DNA of 64,000 nucleotides from a virus (lineage: Duplodnaviria > Caudoviricetes), in IMG/VR virus record IMGVR_UViG_3300033463_000075, positions 1 to 64,000 of that record. One strand, 5' to 3'. The notes below the pieces were generated by a model, which saw nothing but the letters and a program-made list of their open reading frames with translations, had not been told where the DNA came from and did no database searches. Of the stretch, positions 9,844 through 19,366 are shown piece after piece; the stretch's first letter is position 1; every line of letters begins with the position of its first letter. The translations under genes and the position numbers were made by a program.

Positions 9844-9982
9844 TGAAATTGTCACAATTTCGGGCTAAATAATTTAGCAAAAATGAGATTATTGTAATTT
9901 CAGAAATCTCGGTAATTTCAAAAACGAGATTATGCTAATTTCGCTAATTTCGGCAATTTCGTGTGTGTTACGCATATGCATA
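9844..9982. repeat. cluster of imperfect palindromes GARATT-N5-AATYTC plus an alternating purine-pyrimidine tract
   Basis: gaaattgtcacaatttc, gagattattgtaatttc, gaaatctcggtaatttc, gagattatgctaatttc. Confidence 0.7.
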
Positions 9983-10085
9983 AAGAAAAATAGCCAAAAT
10001 TGAGTAAATTTTAGCCATTTTTTGTCTATATTTGCATAAATTTAGAGTTTTTTGCAAATTTCAGCAGAATTTTGCAAGATTTAAG

Positions 10086-11849
10086 CTATAAATTTAGTAG
10101 AATATTGGTCATTTCACGCTTCAAACTCTCAGAAACTTGGTTAGTTTTGTGATCAATTACGTATTCTGCTAAGTCTTTCTTGTAAGTAGCTATATCATGA
10201 ACCCTTTCATCTATAGTATCTTTGCAGATTAAAGTGTAAATAAATGCAGGTCTATCATTATTAACTCTGTGTATTCTGTCATGTGACTGAGCATTTTCAG
10301 TATAATTCCACTTCTCATCTAAGCAAATTTCATATGCTGCTGCATTTAAAGTATGTCCTGTACCCATAGAATCGTGAGTACAAAGTATGATTTTAGTGTT
10401 TGGATCTGTCTGGAACTTGACTTTATTAGCTTCTCTCTCATCTGCTGAGTTATCACCTGTGCAAACTAGCGGATTATAAGACGCTAAAAGATCAGCTAAC
10501 TGATAAACTGGCTCTTTAAAAGTAGACATTACTACTACTTTCTCACCTTTATCAGCTAATTCTTGAGCTAATTCTACACATCGGTCTATCTTAGAAGACA
10601 TTACTGGGTTAGTTGTTAGTATTCCTGGGCAGGCAGTAGCTTGTCTAAGTCTTGTAGTAAGTGCTAATAGGTTGTTACTGTTAAGCTCTATCTTATCTAC
10701 TTCCTCTTTAACGCCATCTACAATAGCATCATAGAAGCGTCTGTGCTCATCTGACATATCTACTAGCTCATAGATCAGTGTCTTCTCTGGTAAACCTTTG
10801 ATCTGCTCTTTAACTCTTCTTACACTACAGTTATCGATCTCTTCCTGTACAGCATCTAAGTTCTTGTAGCCTACTACTTGAGAGCTTGCAAAGCCACCGA
10901 AGACACAGTGTGCGCTCTTGTAGCCTGTAAGTGTGCTATTATCCACACCTATCCAGTGCAAAGGCAAGTAAGCATTAACAGGGTTAGATGTTATCAGTGT
11001 TCCTGTAGCAGCTACTAAATAGTCAGCAGTAAGCTTAAGTAAGTGATCACCCTGGGTAGAGCTTTTGTTAGAACACTTATGTACTTCATCTACAGCTATC
11101 ATTCCAAACTTATTAGGATTCTTCTTGGAATTGTAAGCTTCAATAAAATCAGCTGAACGTAATGTCTCGATGTTAGTAATGATGAAGAATTCTTCTATAG
11201 GTCTTCTTAGTTCATCTATTCTGTCTTTAACTGATCCTATTCTATGTGTTCCTCTTCTAGTCACATATTCGCCAAGTATTCTTACGCTTAAGTCACTGAA
11301 CTTATTAATCTCTGCCTTCCAGTTAGACTTCACTGAATTTACTCCACATATGATGAAGCAGTGATCTATTAAACCTCTCTTGTGTAAGGTCTCGGCTAAC
11401 TGAATAATTGTACAGGTCTTTCCTAAACCCATGTCATCTAGTAGCAACCACTTGTTAGTATTAAGTCCGTAGTTAATTGCCATCACCTGATGTGCTAAAG
11501 GTTTAAGCTTGAAACTATTGTACTCTTCTTGAGTTAAATCCTTGTCGCCGTACTTGCACTCAGAAAGATCAACTGGTTTTGAAATGTCGATCTCCTCTTG
11601 CTCTAGTCTTGGTCTAATGATGCTTTCATCTTGAAGCTCTAGCTTAATGTCATCTATTAAAGTCAGGCTGTCTAACAACATAGCTAAGTCACTTATGCTA
11701 CACTCTCATAACTGTGCTTTCTTATGATAGTATGCCAAAGGTAATGCCTTCAAAGCATTTACAACATCTGGGTTATATTCAGACTTAACTATTAAGCTCG
11801 TTAAACCTGAAACCTTTTGGGGTGGAAATATCTCAAAGATCTCTATCAT
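10086..11849 (-). CDS. SNF2-family DNA helicase/annealing ATPase (587 aa with TGA=Trp at codon 48)
   Basis: DDMGLGKT Walker A, DEVH Walker B, HDRIHR motif VI; ATG at 11849 is in frame through one TGA at 11706-11708. Confidence 0.85.
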
Positions 11850-12152
11850 CTATAGTAAGCTTGTACTTAAATCACTAAAATCTAATTCTTCTTTCTCTGC
11901 CTTTGTCTTAAAGCTCATTGATGCTTCTATTACAAATGGCTTATTACAATTGTCACATACATAATGCTCTACTAAAGCTGGCTCATAATCTTCTTCATAG
12001 TCTAAATAGATGATCTCGCCTGTAGGGCTCTTAACTAAATCTTCTGGTCTGCCTAATATATACTCAGGCAAATAAATCTCACTAGGTACATAATTTCAGC
12101 CGCAATGTGGGCATCTAATAACTGGTAAACCTTTTAAATCAATCTTACTCAT
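11850..12152 (-). CDS. double zinc-ribbon protein (100 aa; CPHCGW with TGA=Trp)
   Basis: ATG 12152 with GGAG-like RBS, in frame through TGA at 12096-12098; CPHC and CDNC pairs. Confidence 0.7.
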
Positions 12153-12244
12153 AAACTCTCTAATTCCTTTATCTCACTTATTTCAGCCATATTTCGGCTG
12201 TTAATCTGCTTTCTTTCTTTTTATTTATTTTTTCTTTGCTTTCT

Positions 12245-12345
12245 CTTAAGCTATACCGCATAGCTATATGCTTAGCTATACATATAAGCTATACTGCTAT
12301 GCTATGTATAAAGCTATATGAAAAAGCATTATATAAAGCATATAT
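12245..12345. repeat. short AGCTAT/AGCAT repeats in non-coding DNA
   Basis: At least five AGCTAT in about 70 bp. Confidence 0.6.
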
Positions 12346-12662
12346 ACATACCTCTGTATATACAATCTAACATAGTTAGATTGTGAAACTATCTATGATA
12401 GTTTCTAAAAAGAAAGAATTAATTACGTAGTAATTATAAGAAAGAAAAAGTGAGCTATTATTTTGCTTTCTTTATTAGCTTTAAAAGAAGCTTTTAAATA
12501 CTAATGAAGCTTCGCTTCATTATATTATACAATGCACATATAGCTAAAATAACAGTTTTTACAAAAATACTTCAAAAATTTTTTTTACCTATAAAAAGAT
12601 CTTCAATAAAAAAAGAATTATTTCGAAAGAAATTTGCTGTTATGAAAGAGAGAAAAAGAGAG

Positions 12663-12808
12663 AAAACGAAATTATCAAAATCTCGGCAATTTCAGAAAGC
12701 TCAAAAACGAAATTGTCACAATCTCGCCTGCTAAAAACGAAATTATCGCAATTTCGCGCATAATTATGCATACGCGCACACGCACATATGAAATTGTCAC
12801 AATTTCGG
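12663..12808. repeat. second cluster of GAAATT-N5-AATYTC palindromes
   Basis: Four clear copies; the 20-nt tgaaattgtcacaatttcgg is identical to that at 9844. Confidence 0.75.
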
Positions 12809-13022
12809 CCTCGTTATTGGCTTTTTAAGGCTTTTTCAGCTATTCGGCAAGATATTTTGCTTATTTTCAGCTATTTTTGCGATTTTGAGCCGAATTTTGA
12901 GCCCAGGGATAGCTTCTACCGCCTGTACGTTATGCTGTACGTACGAATTTCTGCTGATCAGAAGGCATTTTTTCTTCTGCCTTAAATATTTTTTAACTTT
13001 TTTCTGCAGAAAATGAAAAAAA

Positions 13023-13088
13023 CTAAATGAATACTGTATAATATAGTGATGCTGAGAGGAATATAATAAGAATTCAAATGTAATTCAT
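13023..13088 (-). CDS. 21-aa hydrophobic peptide MNYIWILIIFLSASLYYTVFI (TGA=Trp at codon 5)
   Basis: Perfect AGGAGGT RBS 5 nt upstream, TATAAT just above it, ends TAG. Confidence 0.4.
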
Positions 13089-13344
13089 AACAAACCTCCT
13101 TGTATATTATAAAGCTAATGGCACAATGCAGCTTCGGCCGTGCGGTTAACCAGTAGCTAAATAAAGCTGACCCACTCGGCAGTGAGCAGCTATCAAAAAA
13201 AGTGACCTGGTTTTTTCACCTCCTTTTTATAAATTATTTCCCAGGTCCTCCTCCCAGCATTAAACTAAGACACCTCCTATAGAGCTTTAAGTAAAAACTA
13301 TCAATACCTCCTAGATAGAAAAATACTTAGAGCTCTTTCTTTTT
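13049..13344 (+). ncRNA. candidate sRNA with five CCUCCU (anti-Shine-Dalgarno) motifs, at least two in hairpin loops
   Basis: TATAAT at 13037-13042; stems GACCTGG/CCAGGTC, CTATC/GATAG and AGAGCTTTAAGTA/TACTTAGAGCTCT (G-U only on + strand); terminal U-tract. Confidence 0.5.
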
Positions 13345-13459
13345 ATTCGCGGAGCATAAGAATAAAAAAATATTTTCTAAAAATATTTCAATATCTTCAA
13401 TCCCTATATATAGCATAAGGTCTAGCATAGTATGCATTAGGTTGCAGTATAAGCATATA

Positions 13460-13880
13460 ATAGCTTCTGCCTCAGCTTATATATAGCTTTGGTCCCAAGC
13501 TTTCCCTTAGCTTCTGCCCGGTGCTTTGCCCTATGCTTTCGCCTTTGGCATGATGCGAATCTGGGCATGGCTGATGGCGGCGGCTCTGACGACGGCTAAC
13601 CCTGGTGCTTTGGGGCAGGGCTAACGTGCACGCGCACGGACCGACTGCTAAATATGTCTACGGGCGGCAGCAAGACGGCAGTACGCGGCTAAGTGCGCCT
13701 GGGGCCCTATGCTTTGGCATGAAGCTTTTGCACTAAGCTTTCGACTGCTTTTGGTATAGCTTTCGGGATAAGCTTTCGTCCTATGCTTTTCCCTATAGCT
13801 AAGTATAACTGCTTGATATTTCGGCTTCTATTCTGGGAATCGGCCTTCGGCCTTATATGCTTTACTTATGCTTATTATGC
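13460..13880. repeat. two arrays of (A/T)GCTTY repeats about every 11-13 bp flanking a GC-rich core (candidate origin or packaging site)
   Basis: About 20 units; core 13545-13705 with palindrome CGTGC-ACGC-GCACG. Confidence 0.55.
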
Positions 13881-13949
13881 TCTATATATAGTTGGTTCAT
13901 TAATGCAACTTTGCAAAAAATTTTTTTATTGCTGCTGGGAAAAAGAGCA

Positions 13950-13984
13950 AAAAATAAGGACCCTAAATTAATAGGATCCTTTTA
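13950..13984 (-). terminator. intrinsic terminator after the 574-aa gene
   Basis: AAGGATCCTA/TAGGGTCCTT stem then T-tract on the minus strand. Confidence 0.7.
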
Positions 13985-14006
13985 TCTTTGATTTTAGCTA
14001 ATTATT

Positions 14007-15731
14007 TTATGGTCTATAATAATACATTGTAACAACTTTTGGAGAAGCAGTAATTAAATCGCTTTGTGCATATTCTAACATTTCATATCAAAGCAATATA
14101 TCTGAATTCATTACTTCCATATAAAGTCCAATTTGTCCGTAAGCTGTATTACCACTCTTTCGTTTCAAGTATTCACCACTTCAACCTTGTGTTAAATAGC
14201 CTGTATATGATGCTCTCATAGACGATGAGATCATTCCATCATTTATCTCTAAATAGCAATAGGTAGGCGCTGGATTGACATAACTATTACTATGCACTTT
14301 AATTAAACCACTTCTATTGCTTGAACCTGAAAAGATGCTTATCTCGGTTTTACTCATAGTATAATAGCTACAAGTAATTGTTGATGTTATTTGTTTTCAA
14401 TCTGATGCAAGACTACTATTTGCTCGTATGGTAATAGTGCTGCCATAACTTTGTAAATCTCCAAGTGAATAATAATTTGTAGCTACTGTAGCAAAATCTC
14501 ATGATTGATAGTCTGTCCCATTAGTGCTTGATATACTATAGCTTGACCAAGCAAATCTATTTGGCTGAGCATTTCTTGTCAATGTATTTTCAAAACCTGC
14601 ACCAGCTCCTGCTTCTGGCACTTTAGCATTATTATATCCTATGTGGGCGCTGGCATCAACATTAGCTACACTACTTGTTGCTCAAGTTAAACCTGAGTCA
14701 GCTGTAAATGATACTGTATACTTACGTATAGTAAAATCACTATTTTGTTTTAAAAGTCATAATCAACAATCTTGAGACGCATTATAATATCAAGAACTAA
14801 GCATTGTATTTTCTACAACATATGATCCAAAATAAGGATCATTACCATTTATAGTTGGTACATTATTATAGAAAGTACCCTTTAATGCTGATGAGCTTTT
14901 TGTGCTATGTGTAGCTTTTGTATAGGTGCATTTTACACTGTTATTATGTGTAGCCGCTAAATTGCTAGTAGCTGTTGGATTTATAGCTGTAAAAGTTAAA
15001 GTAGCAGCAGCACGCTCACAATCTGGGTCATAACAAATAAGTTTTTCTTGAAATTCAGCTGGATTACTTAGCGTCTTTCAATAATCATTAATTATACCCG
15101 TCTTATATTCTCTATATCTAATTTTATAAACAAGCGATATAGTTAAATCAGTAGTAAGCGTTGTTATACCACTAGAAATTCCTGAGATACTATCTAAATA
15201 GCTAATAGCCTTAGCACTATCTGCGGCAGATATTAGAGATAGTCCTGTAATATCTGTAGCACCATCAAACTGCACTTGATAAGAATCTGGAAACATCTTT
15301 TTTAGGGCAGGATTTTTGTTAATCACGCATTCATTTGCTATAGTGCCGTAATCAAAAGTTAAACTATATGAATATACATTCTCACTTCCATAATATGGCT
15401 TGGTAGCATAACTTGCGCATCTTCCAGAGGTAGATAAAATTTGCTCACGCACAAATGATATAGTAGTTCCATATGGTAAATAGTAAACTGCAGAAGTTGG
15501 ATATGTTATGCTTTCATTATAACCTTTATACTCATCACCATTTTCTCAGTTATATGTAGCATTAATTGTTAACTTTAATGGTTTATGTCAAATAGCAGTA
15601 GCAGTTTCACTTGCTGGGTTTAACTTTATTTGTAATACCTTAATATCTGCAGCAGCACTATTACCATCTATATATTTGATAGCTGTTAATTCTGTAGCTG
15701 TATTACTTTCAAAGATTTGTTCGTCAGCCAT
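14007..15731 (-). CDS. 574-aa Ser/Thr/Asn/Tyr-rich beta-strand protein, probable virion fibre or decoration protein (11 TGA=Trp)
   Basis: Translated by hand: no TAA/TAG for 1725 nt; AAGGAG RBS; the track shows only a 124-aa piece. Confidence 0.75.
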
Positions 15732-15803
15732 ATAATAACCTTTCTCCTTATACTATTTTTATGAATATAGGCTCAGCAGGTAACTGCCAAGCCTACTATC
15801 TAT

Positions 15804-16077
15804 ATGAAGCGTTTATAATCTCAGGGTGTAAATAATTTAAACTTTTCTTTTTCTAAACTAATAACTCTAAAATGCTCTCACTTACACTGGTCTCTCACAT
15901 CTTATTGCTTTACTAACTGTTCATACGGTTTAACTGACCGCCACTTGACTTCAAGCACTTTAAAACTCACTTAACTAGTAGAAACGCTCACAAGTAATCT
16001 CACTATATATAAACCTAAGCTTCAACAAGCTCCAAACGAAACAGACTACACCAAGAGCTTTATTTTACACGCTTCAT
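15804..16077 (-). ncRNA. candidate structured RNA of about 270 nt whose 5' and 3' ends pair
   Basis: 5' AUGAAGCGU/GUAAAAUAA complementary to 3' UUAUUUACAC...ACGCUUCAU; five GUGAG repeats; late-promoter-like TGCTAAAATA immediately upstream; no long ORF. Confidence 0.45.
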
Positions 16078-16188
16078 TTATTTTAGCAGTATTTTTTCTA
16101 AAAATTTCAAAAAAGTATTATTTTTTGCTATTTTAGTCTATAGCTATGAAAGTAAACGTTTGTTCACTTTTTATAAATAGAGACTAAT

Positions 16189-16220
16189 AAAAAAAAGACA
16201 AGCTATTATACTTGTCCTTT
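16189..16220. terminator. intrinsic terminator after coaD-coaE
   Basis: GACAAG/CTTGTC stem with A/T tracts. Confidence 0.65.
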
Positions 16221-16289
16221 ATCTCATAACATTACTATAACATTTGTTTTGTTACTTTGCAATAAAAATGTTACGATTATACATAATAA

Positions 16290-17342
16290 TTATATCTCCT
16301 TCTCTAGCTCATAAATAAGCGCTTGCACAGCAGTTTCTAAGTCATCTTTATTATCAGTGCTATTAACTACTGTAATATCTGCTATATCAATTAACTCTTC
16401 TTCCGTAGGTTGGCTATTCATAATTTTTTTAATAGTCGCTTCACTAAATCCATTTCTTTTCTTAACTCTACTAATTCTTGTTGGAGTGTCTGCAACGATA
16501 GCAACTATCTTATCAAAGAAGTCTTTTGTATTATCATCAATAGCTGATACTTCTACAAATACTATACTGTCGTCTTCAGTAATTAAATCTAATATCTTTC
16601 TTTTAATTAGTGGATGTGATAATCTATTTAGTACCTCTAATTTTGACTTATCAGAGAAAACAACGTCTCTTAAATAACGTCTATTTAATTTATCATCTTT
16701 TACAGCTTCTGGCCAAATTTGACTTAGCTGCGATAGATATGATTCTTCTGCTACTACTTCCTCATTATAAAGACGGTCGGCATCAAGAGCTCTGTATCCC
16801 ATATCATAAATAATATCTCTTACAGTTGATTTGCCACTACCAATACCACCAACAATAGCAACTTTAAGTGGCTTTCTAATTAGTCTATAAATCTCTTCAG
16901 GCACATATTTCTTATAGTCTTCTCCATAAGCTTTTAGTTCTCTAACTAAAGAAGAGCTAATATTTCCACAATTGCCAGCTCTTAAATAAATAGTTTCTAA
17001 ATTAGAAAGTGTATCATTTATTGTTGCAATATTTTCTTCATAAGAATAGTCGTCAGCATTTCTGATGCCTCTAACTAAATAAGTAGCACCAAGTCTTTCT
17101 GCCTCTTTTACTGTCAGTATATCATAGGTCTCAACGCTAACATTATCTAGTTGCTCTCTGCTAAGCACTTTTTGAATAGCACTTTGCATTTTACTAGCTA
17201 GGAAGCTTCTCTTTTTCTTAGAGTTATAGCCAATGCCAATAATGACTTTATCAAAAAGTTTTGCAGCTTTTTTAGCAACTTCTAAGTGTCCATTAGTAAA
17301 TGGATCAAATGACCCCGGATAAAACGCTATTGTTTTTTTCAT
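16290..17342 (-). CDS. coaD-coaE: bifunctional phosphopantetheine adenylyltransferase / dephospho-CoA kinase fusion
   Basis: N-terminal YPGSFDPFTNGH, LVRGIR and ISSSLVRE (CoaD); C-terminal VGGIGSGKST, DAD and SHPLIK (CoaE); likely start MKKTIAF at 17342. Confidence 0.9.
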   Translation of the reverse strand: MKKTIAFYPGSFDPFTNGHLEVAKKAAKLFDKVIIGIGYNSKKKRSFLASKMQSAIQKVLSREQLDNVSVETYDILTVKEAERLGATYLVRGIRNADDYSYEENIATINDTLSNLETIYLRAGNCGNISSSLVRELKAYGEDYKKYVPEEIYRLIRKPLKVAIVGGIGSGKSTVRDIIYDMGYRALDADRLYNEEVVAEESYLSQLSQIWPEAVKDDKLNRRYLRDVVFSDKSKLEVLNRLSHPLIKRKILDLITEDDSIVFVEVSAIDDNTKDFFDKIVAIVADTPTRISRVKKRNGFSEATIKKIMNSQPTEEELIDIADITVVNSTDNKDDLETAVQALIYELEKEI

Positions 17343-17425
17343 ATATGCTCCTTTTATATTTATTGGTATCATTATAATATACATTATTCTATAATAAAAC
17401 TGAAACAGTTATATAAAAATTTTAC

Positions 17426-17456
17426 AAAAAAGACAGACCTTATTTAGTCTGCCTTT
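17426..17456. terminator. intrinsic terminator
   Basis: AAAGACAGAC/GTCTGCCTTT hairpin. Confidence 0.55.
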
Positions 17457-17475
17457 ATATATGCTTAAGTAATTA

Positions 17476-18186
17476 TTATTCATCTTCTTTTGGTAATAAG
17501 TTTAGTTTATCAAATAGTTCCAAGTCAGCAACATTAGCTTTGTATTCTTTTTCCATTTTAGCTAATTGTCTTTCATAAGCTTTCTTAGCTTTTTCTTTTT
17601 CAGCTTCTAAATTTCTTGTAGTAGCTTTGACTAAATCATCTCTTATACCTTTAAGCCATTGTGGTCTATCATAATCCATTATAATAGTTGGCCACTTTTC
17701 TAATGCAGGTGCAGCAACATAGTCATCTACAAATACTTCTACATGCAAATCATTATAATATTGGTGTAAACCTATTTTAAAATCAAACTCAGGACAATGC
17801 TCTTTAATACCTTTAAGTGGAACAATTATTTTTTCAATTAAAGTAATTAACTTTTTTTGTTCTTCATAAGTTAAATCTTTAGCATCTTTAACGGTCATTT
17901 CACAATCATTATATATTCTATCAAATAAGTCTTCACCACTCTTTAAGTTTATCATATTTGATACTCTGCTACCACCACCATTATCCATCACTGATACCTC
18001 ATCTATATTTGTATAACCAGGAACAGAATAACCATCATTAGCAATTAAATCACCAAATTCTTTTTTAGCTACTGTAAGGTAGTCAAGCTTTTCTCTTGTT
18101 GTTCCATCTGACTTTACCATATTATCAGTGTCGGTGGCTAAGTTAGATAGTTCATCATAAGTATCATTAAAATTAATATCTGCCAT
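17476..18186 (-). CDS. hypothetical late protein with N-terminal FNDTYDELSNL motif
   Basis: ORF with GGAG RBS; motif shared with neighbour. Confidence 0.75.
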   Translation of the reverse strand: MADINFNDTYDELSNLATDTDNMVKSDGTTREKLDYLTVAKKEFGDLIANDGYSVPGYTNIDEVSVMDNGGGSRVSNMINLKSGEDLFDRIYNDCEMTVKDAKDLTYEEQKKLITLIEKIIVPLKGIKEHCPEFDFKIGLHQYYNDLHVEVFVDDYVAAPALEKWPTIIMDYDRPQWLKGIRDDLVKATTRNLEAEKEKAKKAYERQLAKMEKEYKANVADLELFDKLNLLPKEDE

Positions 18187-18205
18187 TTTTTATTCTCCCT
18201 CTTTT

Positions 18206-18694
18206 TTAGTCTTTAGTTAGTGGATTTAATATAGGTGCATCTGTCCAAGTAGCTGGTGCATACTTAGGTGCTTTAGATTCATCTGTGTGCTCTTTAATAA
18301 ACTCTGTCTCTTTTTCATCATAGTAGTGCAAACGATATTTTCTTGCATCTTCACTTAAGAATAATATTATTAGCACATATCTTTTGAAGTTAGTGTTTAT
18401 AGCTAGCTTATATTCAAGCCCCTTAGACCACTTCAGAGTTCCAATTAAACCATCTATTTCATACAAGTTATCATTGATGCTATATTCTATATCGGCTTCA
18501 GTTTTTGGTAGCTCCATATAACAGAAGTTATAATCTATAAGACCTTTAGCTTTAGCTTCTTCTTCAGTGCATATAATATCACCATATTGTTCCTTAACTG
18601 CTTTCTCAGCCATTGGTATAAATTCTTCTCTGCTTACTGCCTTAGGTGCTAAATTTGAAAGCTCATCATATGTATCATTAAATGTATCTGGCAT
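18206..18694 (-). CDS. hypothetical late protein with N-terminal FNDTYDELSNL motif
   Basis: Likely start MPDTF at 18694 (GAGG RBS); late-promoter motif at 18723-18732. Confidence 0.75.
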   Translation of the reverse strand: MPDTFNDTYDELSNLAPKAVSREEFIPMAEKAVKEQYGDIICTEEEAKAKGLIDYNFCYMELPKTEADIEYSINDNLYEIDGLIGTLKWSKGLEYKLAINTNFKRYVLIILFLSEDARKYRLHYYDEKETEFIKEHTDESKAPKYAPATWTDAPILNPLTKD

Positions 18695-18766
18695 TTTTAT
18701 AACCTCACAAAAAGTAATCGTATAATTTAGCATATTTATGCAAGAAAAAAGTAAGCATCTTTCAGC

Positions 18767-19159
18767 TTACTTTACTTCTACATCAAATAGCTTATGTACC
18801 TTCTCTTGCACTATCCAAAAGGCTGTCATTAGCTCTGTAGGTTGCTGTTTACTTGAAAGCTTTTCTTCTAAACATTTTAATGCCTCATCAAGTATGAATG
18901 CTTCTTGCTGTGTTAATTCAAGGTTTAATGTTTTGTTATATTGCTGTGTTGGATCATACTTATTACCTTCTTCATCATTATATTCTATATAGCAAGGTTT
19001 CTTGTATCTAATCTTTTCAAATGCTCCTAATTTGCAAGATGGACAAACATAATAATTATTTTGACAGCCCTCAAAGTTATAGTCTACATCATCTACATAC
19101 ATATCATTTCCACAGCGTGGACAGCTTAATTTATGTGTATATTCATTTCCTATACTCAT
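18767..19159 (-). CDS. zinc-ribbon hypothetical protein
   Basis: CPRC...CPSC. Confidence 0.7.
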   Translation of the reverse strand: MSIGNEYTHKLSCPRCGNDMYVDDVDYNFEGCQNNYYVCPSCKLGAFEKIRYKKPCYIEYNDEEGNKYDPTQQYNKTLNLELTQQEAFILDEALKCLEEKLSSKQQPTELMTAFWIVQEKVHKLFDVEVK

Positions 19160-19162
19160 AAT

Positions 19163-19366
19163 TTATTTCTCCTTATTTTCTTTAAGTGATAATGTTTTAG
19201 TTAGTAAATCAAAGCAGTCATTACATAAAGACATTTGCATAATATCATGCTCTCTATTTATAGCATCCACCCAATATGTTGTTATTGTTATGCACTCTTC
19301 ATTGTCCTCAATACTTTTACAGCAACTATTACAACAACCGCCTAATTTCTCTTTTATTCGAAACAT
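19163..19366 (-). CDS. small Cys-rich hypothetical protein
   Basis: CNSC...CNDC. Confidence 0.65.
   Translation of the reverse strand: MFRIKEKLGGCCNSCCKSIEDNEECITITTYWVDAINREHDIMQMSLCNDCFDLLTKTLSLKENKEK

Noticed and set aside
12504-12985. Plus-strand ORFs 12504-12734 and 12788-12985 as genes
   Set aside because: They run through the palindrome clusters, have no RBS and atypical composition.
13460-13880. CRISPR array
   Set aside because: Repeat units are 5-6 nt at about 12-bp spacing, with no 25-45-nt repeats or unique spacers, and no cas genes.
15804-16077. tmRNA or suppressor tRNA-Trp(UCA)
   Set aside because: No acceptor stem, GGTTCRA T-arm or CCA end; I found no cloverleaf anywhere in the window by eye (tRNAscan-SE/ARAGORN needed to be sure).
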